64,000 nucleotides of DNA from Planctomycetota bacterium. Lineage in GTDB: Bacteria; Planctomycetota; SZUA-567. Position numbers and translations under genes: made by a program. Shown in pieces: positions 56,097-64,000 of this stretch. The number at the start of each line of letters is the position of its first letter. The first letter of the stretch is position 1. The notes under the pieces are model-generated. The model was given only the letters and a program-made list of their open reading frames with translations, was not told the origin of the DNA and did no database searches. Location of the stretch: positions 2,405,980-2,469,979 of the forward strand of contig OY763323.1 of NCBI GenBank assembly GCA_963667375.1, in the 5' to 3' direction.

Positions 56097-57665
56097 ATGT
56101 CAGAGGTAATAATGTCCAATGGGACTGTTAATTTAAATCGGAGAATGATTACTCTGGCAGTAATGCTCGGAACCGCTATGAGCTCTCTTGATTCGAGTAT
56201 TGTGAATGTAACATTACCGTATATGCAGGGAAACTTCGGGGCATCGGTAGAAGCAATATCCTGGGTGGCGACAGCATATATTCTTGCTAACATTATAACT
56301 ATGCCGATTATTGCGATGATCAGTGCGCGATTTGGGAGGAAAAATTTTTTTCTCTTCAGTCTTATTCTCTTTGTTGGCAGTTCTATGCTTTGCGGTTTTT
56401 CTTGGAATCTGGAATCAATGATATTGTTCAGAGTATTTCAGGGGATCGGCGGTGGTACACTGATACCGGTAGCACAGGCGGTACTTCGTGAAATCTATCC
56501 ACCGGAAGAACAGGGACGAGCCATGGGAATATATGGGCTGGGGGTAGTCCTGGGACCGGCATGTGGACCGGTAGTCGGAGGCTGGCTTACCGATAACTTT
56601 TCCTGGCCCTGGATATTTCATATCAATGTCCCAATCGGCATTGTCGCAATTTTGCTTACGATAAAATATATACATGATCCGGTTTATTTTGTTCGGGAGC
56701 ATAAACCGATAGACTGGGCAGGACTTTTTTTTATGATTCTCGGTCTTGGAGCTTTGCAGCTTATGCTGGAGGAGGGCGAACGTAATGACTGGTTTGAGTC
56801 GAGTTTTATCGTTTTTCTGGGAATTCTGACGGTAATGGGTCTGGCGCTCTTTATCTGGCGGGAACTGACAACGGCTACTCCGGCGGTTGATCTGCGGGTA
56901 CTCTCGAATCTCTGTTTTTTATCTGGAACGGCTATAGGCGGTATACTCGGCCTTGGGCTCAACAGCAGTCTGTTTCTTATGCCACAGTTTTTACAGAATA
57001 TGCTCGGATATAATGCTTTGTCATCCGGGCTGGCGCTGATGCCGCGGAGTCTGGCAATGGCCATTATTTTTCCGATTGCAGGAGCATTTTATAACCGGCT
57101 CGGTCCTCAGCTGCTGATTGCTGGAGGGTTGCTGATGAGTGTTTTTTCATTTTATGAACTATCAAACATCTCTTTAGCCGTCGATTACTGGAGTATCTTC
57201 TGGCCGCAGTTTATGCAGGGTATTGGCTTCGGGCTGATTTTTGTAGCACTGAGTACAGCTGCTCTGGCTACTATTGAGAAAAACCGGCTTACCGCCGCAA
57301 CCGGGCTGTATAGTGTTACCAGGCAGGTTTTCGGCAGTATCGGTATTGCAATTTTTACCAATCAGCTTACTGTCAGTACTGCGACAAGCAGAGCACATAT
57401 GGTTCGGCATATCTCGGATTTCAGTCAGGTTACCCGGCATCAGCAGGAGGTGCTTGAAAATGTTGTCGGCAGGCATATGTCTGAGCCGGTGGTTACCACC
57501 AAGCTTGCACTGAAAATGCTTGAGAGTAAAGTGATGAGTCAGGCGAGCATGCTTGCTTTCAATCATGTTTTTATGGAAATTTCTTTATGTTTTTTAATTG
57601 GTGTGCCTTTGGTTTTACTATTACGCAGCAATCATGCTGAGTTTATTAAGAGTAGATCAAATTAG
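56097..57665 (+). CDS. MFS drug efflux transporter, DHA2 (EmrB/QacA, 14-TMS) family
   Basis: 522 aa. LDSSIVNVTLPYM, the GRKNFF motif and about 14 TM helices. Follows the HlyD gene. Confidence 0.9.
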   Translation: MSEVIMSNGTVNLNRRMITLAVMLGTAMSSLDSSIVNVTLPYMQGNFGASVEAISWVATAYILANIITMPIIAMISARFGRKNFFLFSLILFVGSSMLCGFSWNLESMILFRVFQGIGGGTLIPVAQAVLREIYPPEEQGRAMGIYGLGVVLGPACGPVVGGWLTDNFSWPWIFHINVPIGIVAILLTIKYIHDPVYFVREHKPIDWAGLFFMILGLGALQLMLEEGERNDWFESSFIVFLGILTVMGLALFIWRELTTATPAVDLRVLSNLCFLSGTAIGGILGLGLNSSLFLMPQFLQNMLGYNALSSGLALMPRSLAMAIIFPIAGAFYNRLGPQLLIAGGLLMSVFSFYELSNISLAVDYWSIFWPQFMQGIGFGLIFVALSTAALATIEKNRLTAATGLYSVTRQVFGSIGIAIFTNQLTVSTATSRAHMVRHISDFSQVTRHQQEVLENVVGRHMSEPVVTTKLALKMLESKVMSQASMLAFNHVFMEISLCFLIGVPLVLLLRSNHAEFIKSRSN

Positions 57666-57702
57666 TCTGTGTCCGGATATCATTAGCGCAAGTTTACCGT
57701 AA

Positions 57703-57731
57703 AGTGGCAGCTCTTTTAGCTGCCACTTTTT
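57703..57731 (+). terminator. Rho-independent terminator
   Basis: Perfect 10-bp stem agtggcagct / agctgccact, loop ctttt, then a T-run. Confidence 0.8.
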
Positions 57732-58088
57732 ATTGTATTTTTATGATATTTGATAAATTAAATAATTAATAAAAGATGAGGTCTTGTATTTGATTAATTT
57801 TAAAAGTAATTGGGTCGTGGTTATTAAGTAATTAATAACTAATTTAAATGAGGAAATATTGCTTGGTGGATTGGTTGTAATAGCTTATTGTTACAGTGTT
57901 TGTGTTTTTTTATTGGTGGGTGTAGATGCGGTGTGTTTTTGCGTTTTTTGCAGTTTTTAAATATTTTATTATTGAATATTGCGAGATTAGGTGTAAACTA
58001 GGAAATATGTTGATAATAAAATATCGATAAAACTAGTATTCTTTTGAGCAGTATTTAAATATAGATGATTAGCAGGAGGAGGGTTATT

Positions 58089-59240
58089 ATGGCCACATTC
58101 ACAGTACCACGTTTTACTCACTTTGGTCTTGGCTGTCTTGATGAACTCAAGAAAATCAAAGGAACAAAAGCAGTAATTGTTACCGGCGGCAGCTCTATGA
58201 AGAAGGGCGGTTTTATTGAGAAGTGTAAAGCATATCTAAAAGAGGCAGGAATTGATTCTGCTGTATTCGAAGGTGTTGAGCCGGATCCATCTATTCAGAC
58301 GGTTATGCGCGGTGTTGAATTGTTCAACAAAGAGCAGCCTGATGTTATCATTGGACTTGGCGGTTGTTCAGCTATTGATGCTTCAAAAGCTATGTGGGTA
58401 TTTTATGAATATCCAGATTCAAAGTTCGAAGATATCACCCCTCCATTCTCAATCAAACCACTGCGTAACAAAGCCCAGTTTATCGCGATCCCTTCAACCA
58501 GCGGTACTGGAACCGAAGTGACCTGCGCCACAGTTATTACCGATCACGATAAGGGTGTGAAGTATCCGATTGTTTCATATGAGATTACTCCTGATATTGC
58601 TATTGTTGATGGTGAACTCTGCGTCAGTATGCCACCACATGTGACCGCCAATACCGGTCTTGACGCTCTGGCTCATGACGTTGAGGCGTATGTTGCTGTT
58701 CTTGCTTCGTCATTCAGTGATACTCTGGCCCTTGAATCTGTAAAGATGATTTTCGCAAATCTGCCACGTGCTTATAAGGACGGTACTGACCGTGAGGCCC
58801 GTCAGGCTATGCATGAAGCATCCTGTATGGCTGGAATGTCATTCAGTAATGCTTTGCTGGGTATTATTCATTCAATGGCGCATCAGGCTGGTGGTATGTT
58901 CGGTATTCCACATGGTTGTGCAAATGCCATTCTTATGCCTAATATCATCCGTTATAACAGTAAGTCTACAGACAAATATAACAAGCTTGCAGAGATTGTT
59001 GGGGCTAAAGATGCTGAAGGTCTGGCAGTTGCGATTGAGAAGCTCCGAGCTGATCTGGGCGTGCCGTCAACGCTTAAAGAGTATGGCATTAGTGAAGCGC
59101 TCTGGAATGAAAAACTTGACGCTATCTCTGCTAACGCTATGGCTGATCCATGTACCGGTACCAATCCTCGTCAGCCTGAAGGTGATGATATTAAGAAGAT
59201 CTATACCTGCTGTTATAATGGTGTGAAGGTTGATTTTTAG
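58089..59240 (+). CDS. Iron-containing (group III) alcohol dehydrogenase
   Basis: GGGS-type motif (VTGGSSMKKGG), GLGGCSAIDASKA, and metal-binding His residues (HSMAHQAGGMFGIPHG). ATG 58089 is preceded by AGGAGGAGGG. Confidence 0.9.
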   Translation: MATFTVPRFTHFGLGCLDELKKIKGTKAVIVTGGSSMKKGGFIEKCKAYLKEAGIDSAVFEGVEPDPSIQTVMRGVELFNKEQPDVIIGLGGCSAIDASKAMWVFYEYPDSKFEDITPPFSIKPLRNKAQFIAIPSTSGTGTEVTCATVITDHDKGVKYPIVSYEITPDIAIVDGELCVSMPPHVTANTGLDALAHDVEAYVAVLASSFSDTLALESVKMIFANLPRAYKDGTDREARQAMHEASCMAGMSFSNALLGIIHSMAHQAGGMFGIPHGCANAILMPNIIRYNSKSTDKYNKLAEIVGAKDAEGLAVAIEKLRADLGVPSTLKEYGISEALWNEKLDAISANAMADPCTGTNPRQPEGDDIKKIYTCCYNGVKVDF

Positions 59241-59294
59241 TCTGTATTAGCAGTATCAGTTGAGCTACCTGCTGTAAAATATACGCTGAGGTGT

Positions 59295-59350
59295 GCATGC
59301 AGAAGTACTGGGAAGGGTTCAGCAGGAGCAGTACTTCTGCATGCTTTATT
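59295..59350 (+). terminator. Long hairpin after the adh gene (probable terminator)
   Basis: Perfect 16-bp stem gcatgcagaagtactg / cagtacttctgcatgc with an 18-nt loop, followed by tttatt. Confidence 0.65.
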
Positions 59351-59422
59351 CAGGATGGTTTTCAGCTTTAATTGATATAACGTATAGTCTATTACTGGTT
59401 AATGACAGTAAAGGTGTTAAAT

Positions 59423-59460
59423 AAGGATTTGCTCCAGTTGGGGCAAATCCTTTTTATTTT
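59423..59460 (+). terminator. Second rho-independent terminator about 80 nt downstream of the first
   Basis: Stem aaggatttgc / gcaaatcctt (10 bp), followed by tttttatttt. Confidence 0.7.
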
Positions 59461-59629
59461 AGTAACTGTGAATATAACAATCTGACAGTGGAGAATATTC
59501 TTTTGACAAAAAATCAAGGTTGTTTTAGAGTAGAGAATATTGCCGTACTGCAATTATTAGCTAACGCAAAATGAGGTATTTCTAATTTGTTTATTAGTGC
59601 CAGTAATTTTTTATGGGAATAATGTACTA

Positions 59630-62600
59630 ATGGCTACTCTATCCGGTCGAATACTTAATACCATTGGTGCTTTAGGTAACAAGCGCCATATTATATTAAT
59701 GGTTATTTTGGTTACCGGATGTCTGCTGACCGGTTTGTCAGTGATTTATCAGAGTAATATTTTCAGGAAAAGATTTTTAAATGAAGTAAAGACTGTTTCC
59801 GAAGCGATCAATCCTGACAGAGTATCCTCATTACGCGGAGTTGCGGCGGATTCTTCACTACCTGATTACCAGCGTCTGAAAACGGCGCTTACCGAAGTAA
59901 TAAAATTTAAGGGCTATTTTAATTCAATATTCCTGCTCGGCAGACGTGTCGATGGTGAGATATTTTATTACCTTGATATTGACAAGAATGGTTATGCTGC
60001 TATTACTTCAGGAAGCGCTGCTGAAAGTTCTGAGCAGAGTCTGTATAATATTCCTTTTAAAGAACAGCGTTCTCTTATCGAGATCAATGAAAAATTTAAA
60101 AATGATTATGGTGTGCTGGCGCTTGTTCCGGTTACCAGTAGAATCACGATGCGGACAACTACAGAGAAGATGAATAAGGTCAAGACAATGCTTGACAGCG
60201 CGCAGCGAATGCATGAGGCTGAAGGTAGATCCGCGCTGTTGCAGGCCATAAATAGCGGCTCTGGAAAGTTCTATGATAATGATATCTATACCTTCGTTTA
60301 TGATGAGAATATGACGATTCTGGCGCATCCGACAAAGCCGGAACTTATTGGTAAAAATTTGCTTGATAAGAAAGATTATCCCGGCGGCAAGTATTTCAGA
60401 CGGGAGATTCAGGAGGTTGCAAATACAGCTGGAAAAGGCTGGGTTGAGTATGAATATGAGAATCCGGTAAGTGGCCAACTTGAGCCGAAGCGGACTTATG
60501 TGAGCAAGATTGACGATATGATAATTTGCGCCGGCACTTATACTGCTTCCGGGAGGACTGGAGTGGTTCTAGGGGTAACGGTGGAAAAGAACTATTACCT
60601 GAAGCAATTGTTGAAAGCGGCGGTTCCACCGGTAGTATTTACGCTGATTCTCTTTGCCGTTGTGCTTGTTAGTATCTATTTTGCCCGCAAGAGGAGAACG
60701 ACCGCCTGCATTTGGGGAAACTATCTTGAAGGTATTACGGTATTTATAGTCGGTATTGTCATATCAATATATCTGGCATGGAATAGTCAGGTTCTGGAAA
60801 CTGATAATATATATGCCGATTTCTGGGATCTGTCCAAGAATAAATCGGTAATGATTTCAGATTCTTTTACAATTATTAATAATATAGAGCTTGAAGGGCT
60901 GCAGAGTTATTTCGAAAGCTCTGATCATGTCAGTTATCAGGACTTTATTGATTATACCCAGTATCTGCTGAATAATTCTACAGTTAAAGCCTGGGGCTGG
61001 GCACCGCTGGTGCTAAGTGCCGAAACTGCCGATTTTGAAGAAGAGATGTCACAAAATCTGAAGGAAGAGAGAACTATCTGGGAGGTTGATTCTGGTGGTA
61101 AAAGAGTGCCTGCAACGGGTAGAAAAGAATATTTCCCAATCAAATATATTGCACCATTAAAAAACAATAAAGAGGTTATCGGTTTTGACGAAGGTTCGGA
61201 AGAACATCGTAAAAATACGTTGGAATCTGCTTATAACACTGGACTTAACAGTGCTTCACCACCGCTTAAACTGGTGCATAATGAAATTATTCAGGACGGA
61301 ATACTGGTGTTTAATCCTGTGTATTATAAGGACGGAAGTTTTCGTGGTTTCACTTTTGCCATACTTAATCTGCAGACCATACTGGCAAAAATGGTAAGTG
61401 ATAATAATGTGTGTTTGACGCTGCTGATGCTCCACGAAGATTCTGAGAAAGACCTGCTATCAACAACCTGCCATTCCGCAAAAAATAGCAACTGGAATTC
61501 AGCAGGCTCACTGTATTCTACCTGGCGTCCAATATTCATTTTCGGACGGACATTTATGGTTATAGCCCGGGCGGGAGATGAATTTATTAATTCGCATCCT
61601 ACGCATGTCTGGTGGCAGATACTGGTTATAGGATTTTTCTTTTCGGTAATCGTGGCATGGTTTATCGGCGGTATTATTAATCAGAAGCTGTTCCTTGATG
61701 AACTGGTAGGCGCACGTACCAGAGATCTCAGTCAAACCAAAGAGTATCTTGAGGCGACAATCAACTCGATCTGTGACGGGGTTATAACCTTTGACGAGGA
61801 TGGTAAAATCACCGATATGAATAATGTCGCTGTGGAATTAACTGGCTGGGAGTTGAACCAAGCCAAGGGTGAGAATATTTTTACGGTGTTTCAGACTGTC
61901 GGACTTGATACGGAAGCAGCGCAGAAATCGCTTTTGAGCAAGGTTATAACTTCCAGAGAAATTTTGAGTGAAACCAGCGACACGATGAATAACTTCAGCG
62001 GCAGGAGTTGTCATATAATCAGAAACAGTGCTCCCATAATTGATGATACTGCTGAGATTCTTGGAGGTGTACTGGTATTTCGTGACATTACCGAAGAGTT
62101 TGAACGTAAATACAGGCTGCAGCAGAGCGAAGAACGTTATCGGGCGATGTTTGAAGAAAATCAGTCAATACAATTGCTGATCGAACCGCAAACAGGTGCA
62201 ATTATTGATGCAAATGATGCTGCCTGCAGTTTTTACGGATTCTCGCGTCAGGCGATCAGACTTAAGAGTTTATATGATTTTTCAGTGGACGATAAATCAG
62301 CTGTTGATGAGATGCTTTGTAACGCTCTGGGTGCAAGTTGTTCGCCTTTTGAGATTGGGCAGTACAAGTCGGATAATGTTACCGTGGAGGTTGAGGTGCA
62401 ATCCAGCCCTATACCGGTATATGGGCGCGTTATACTGTACTTTGTAATTCAGGATATTACCGCCAGAAAGCGTGCTGAAAGTCAGCTGTTATTCACGCAG
62501 AACAAGTTGCAGACAGTAATGGATACAGTGCACGTTGGTATTATTATAATTGATGCGCTGGAACATCTGATAATCGAGGTCAATTCCGAAGCTCAACGCA

Positions 62601-64000
62601 TGATTGGGTTGGCTGAAGAGGATATAGTAGGGAAGATTTGTCATGAATTTATCTGTACGGCGCTCGAAGGGCAATGTCCGATCTCTGATTTAGGAAATGA
62701 CGTTGATAATACAGAGCGGGTGCTTATAACCAGCACCGGTGAGGAAGTGCCGATTCTTAAAACTGTAACCAAGATACAAATTAATGGCCGGGAGTGTTTC
62801 CTGGAGAGTTTTGTCGATATTTCTGAGCAGAAAAAGTTTGAAGATAATATATTGCGCATAAATGAAAAAATGGCAATGGCGGCAAATGCAGCAAGATTCG
62901 GGGTCTTTGATTATGATGCATTGAGCGGTGAAATTCAGCTTGATGACTGGATGCGACGAATATATGGTGTCCCAGAAGATTCGGCAACATATACTTTGAA
63001 AGACTGGCTGGAGTTTCTTGATCCTGAAATTGCGGATCAGGTATGGAAAGAGCTTGTCAGGGTTATTGATTCGGGTAGAGTACTTGATACGGAATACAGT
63101 ATTATCAGAAAAGATGGCGCTAGAAGGATTATCAGAGCGAAGGCCGAAGTGCTGAGGGATGAACAGGGGGCAGCATTGCGCATGATTGGGGTTAATTATG
63201 ATATAACCGTGCAGCGGCAGAACGAAATTGCTCTGCAGGAAAAAGAGAAGAATTTCAGTACTTTCTTTGAGACCATTGATGATATGATATTTATCACGGA
63301 TAAAAAGCGTCTAATAATTTATACCAATGTGTCTGCGGAGAATAAACTGGGATATACTGCAAATGAGCTGCTCGGAAAGAATATTCTTGATCTGTTCTAT
63401 TATGATGAAAGGGAAAAAGCGGAACAGGTATTCAGTGATATAATGCAAAGTAAGCAGGATATTGGTTTGCTGCCAATTCAGACGCATGACGGTAAGCTGT
63501 TGCCGGTTGAGTCTAGAGTGTGGCTGGGGATATGGAATGGCGAGGAGTGTATTTTCGGTGTTGTCAAGGATTTATCCGCACAGCAGGAAGCTTTGCAGAG
63601 ATTTAATAAGCTGTTTGCCGGAAATCCTGCGCTTATGGCTATCGCCTCTTTTCCTGAACGTGATATTATTGAGGTCAATGAAACCTTTATCCGGGTAACA
63701 GGATTTGAGGCCAAGGCGGTTATCGGCAGAGCCATTTCTGAGCTAGGATTTATCGCGGGCAGTGATCTGGAGGAGCTGATTTCAAGAAAAATGCTGCATG
63801 ATGGAAAGATTGCGGATATTGAGATAAAACTTCGGAAGAGCGATAATACGCTGCTTGATGTAATCTTCTCGGGCGAGGTTATCGATAATCTTGGAAAAAA
63901 ATTCTGTCTGTTTGTAATGGTTGATATCACCAAGCGTAAACAGGCAGAAATTGAATTGTTAAGAACCAATAAAGAACTGGAAGAGGCAACAGTACGTGCT
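59630..64000 (+). CDS. Large multidomain membrane sensor: N-terminal periplasmic module + sCache_2-like + CHASE-like + at least 6 PAS domains. Partial, continues beyond the window end
   Basis: The frame is open from ATG 59630 for 1457 codons to position 64000. It is not in the ORF track because no stop codon lies in the window. It begins MATLSGRILNTIGALGNKRHIILMVILVTGCLL. The Cache-like core is YTFVYDENMTILAHPTKPELIGKNLLDKKDYPGGKYF...GWVEYEYENP. The CHASE-like core is VKAWGWAPLV...EYFPIKYIAPLKNNKEVIGFD. Repeated PAS cores end in DIT/DIS-E-K/R-K linkers. Confidence 0.85.
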   Translation, partial: MATLSGRILNTIGALGNKRHIILMVILVTGCLLTGLSVIYQSNIFRKRFLNEVKTVSEAINPDRVSSLRGVAADSSLPDYQRLKTALTEVIKFKGYFNSIFLLGRRVDGEIFYYLDIDKNGYAAITSGSAAESSEQSLYNIPFKEQRSLIEINEKFKNDYGVLALVPVTSRITMRTTTEKMNKVKTMLDSAQRMHEAEGRSALLQAINSGSGKFYDNDIYTFVYDENMTILAHPTKPELIGKNLLDKKDYPGGKYFRREIQEVANTAGKGWVEYEYENPVSGQLEPKRTYVSKIDDMIICAGTYTASGRTGVVLGVTVEKNYYLKQLLKAAVPPVVFTLILFAVVLVSIYFARKRRTTACIWGNYLEGITVFIVGIVISIYLAWNSQVLETDNIYADFWDLSKNKSVMISDSFTIINNIELEGLQSYFESSDHVSYQDFIDYTQYLLNNSTVKAWGWAPLVLSAETADFEEEMSQNLKEERTIWEVDSGGKRVPATGRKEYFPIKYIAPLKNNKEVIGFDEGSEEHRKNTLESAYNTGLNSASPPLKLVHNEIIQDGILVFNPVYYKDGSFRGFTFAILNLQTILAKMVSDNNVCLTLLMLHEDSEKDLLSTTCHSAKNSNWNSAGSLYSTWRPIFIFGRTFMVIARAGDEFINSHPTHVWWQILVIGFFFSVIVAWFIGGIINQKLFLDELVGARTRDLSQTKEYLEATINSICDGVITFDEDGKITDMNNVAVELTGWELNQAKGENIFTVFQTVGLDTEAAQKSLLSKVITSREILSETSDTMNNFSGRSCHIIRNSAPIIDDTAEILGGVLVFRDITEEFERKYRLQQSEERYRAMFEENQSIQLLIEPQTGAIIDANDAACSFYGFSRQAIRLKSLYDFSVDDKSAVDEMLCNALGASCSPFEIGQYKSDNVTVEVEVQSSPIPVYGRVILYFVIQDITARKRAESQLLFTQNKLQTVMDTVHVGIIIIDALEHLIIEVNSEAQRMIGLAEEDIVGKICHEFICTALEGQCPISDLGNDVDNTERVLITSTGEEVPILKTVTKIQINGRECFLESFVDISEQKKFEDNILRINEKMAMAANAARFGVFDYDALSGEIQLDDWMRRIYGVPEDSATYTLKDWLEFLDPEIADQVWKELVRVIDSGRVLDTEYSIIRKDGARRIIRAKAEVLRDEQGAALRMIGVNYDITVQRQNEIALQEKEKNFSTFFETIDDMIFITDKKRLIIYTNVSAENKLGYTANELLGKNILDLFYYDEREKAEQVFSDIMQSKQDIGLLPIQTHDGKLLPVESRVWLGIWNGEECIFGVVKDLSAQQEALQRFNKLFAGNPALMAIASFPERDIIEVNETFIRVTGFEAKAVIGRAISELGFIAGSDLEELISRKMLHDGKIADIEIKLRKSDNTLLDVIFSGEVIDNLGKKFCLFVMVDITKRKQAEIELLRTNKELEEATVRA

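Noticed and set aside
60008-63969. Minus-strand ORFs (for example 156 aa at 60008-60478 and 163 aa at 63478-63969) and short plus-strand ORFs listed in this interval
   Set aside because: All are out of frame or antisense to the single 1457-codon sensor frame starting at 59630. That frame has coherent Cache, CHASE and PAS motifs.

Overview
This is a 64-kb chromosomal segment from a Gram-negative-type bacterium, judged from lpxB and a beta-barrel outer-membrane-protein-like gene with a terminal Phe. The taxon cannot be fixed by eye; a PVC/Lentisphaerota-like anaerobe is only a guess. Hand counts of sample lines put coding regions at roughly 45-52% GC. Intergenic spacers are unusually long and very AT-rich. 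I can support about 50 protein genes.

Gene content:
- Housekeeping: bioD (truncated at the window start), xthA, gnd, rsmJ, a parA-like ATPase, fxsA, pgsA, truB, rluB, dnaE, coaD, def, fmt, lpxB.
- Signalling: a membrane-anchored Ser/Thr kinase, a PocR hybrid histidine kinase, an HD-GYP protein, and a sensor of more than 1450 aa (Cache + CHASE + multiple PAS) that runs off the window end and is therefore missing from the ORF track.
- Transport: an APC permease fused to a PTS-EIIA(Ntr)-like domain, FetAB, EamA, TetR plus an EmrAB-like pump, and an FtsX-type ABC system.
- A roughly 12-kb carbohydrate/polyol locus: two tandem LacI paralogues, an FGGY kinase, a split transketolase, an Rbs-like ABC importer and two SDRs.

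I saw no rRNA, tRNA, CRISPR array, transposase or integrase.

Best candidates for something undescribed:
1. A four-gene envelope cassette (16128-19352). A secreted Cys-rich protein, a double thioredoxin-fold protein with a C-terminal CC tail, and an FtsX/MacB-type permease all carry vicinal-cysteine motifs. Two of them share the heptad M-x-C-C-S-D-L.
2. A one-gene AT-rich islet encoding a NucS-like PD-(D/E)XK + DUF4268-like protein.
3. An A10 tract at the 3' end of the parA-like gene. In the -1 frame it opens a 120-codon acidic ORF with no start codon.
4. An unannotated 49-aa Cys4 ORF upstream of def-fmt.

All calls come from reading the sequence and the ORF translations. No database search was possible.
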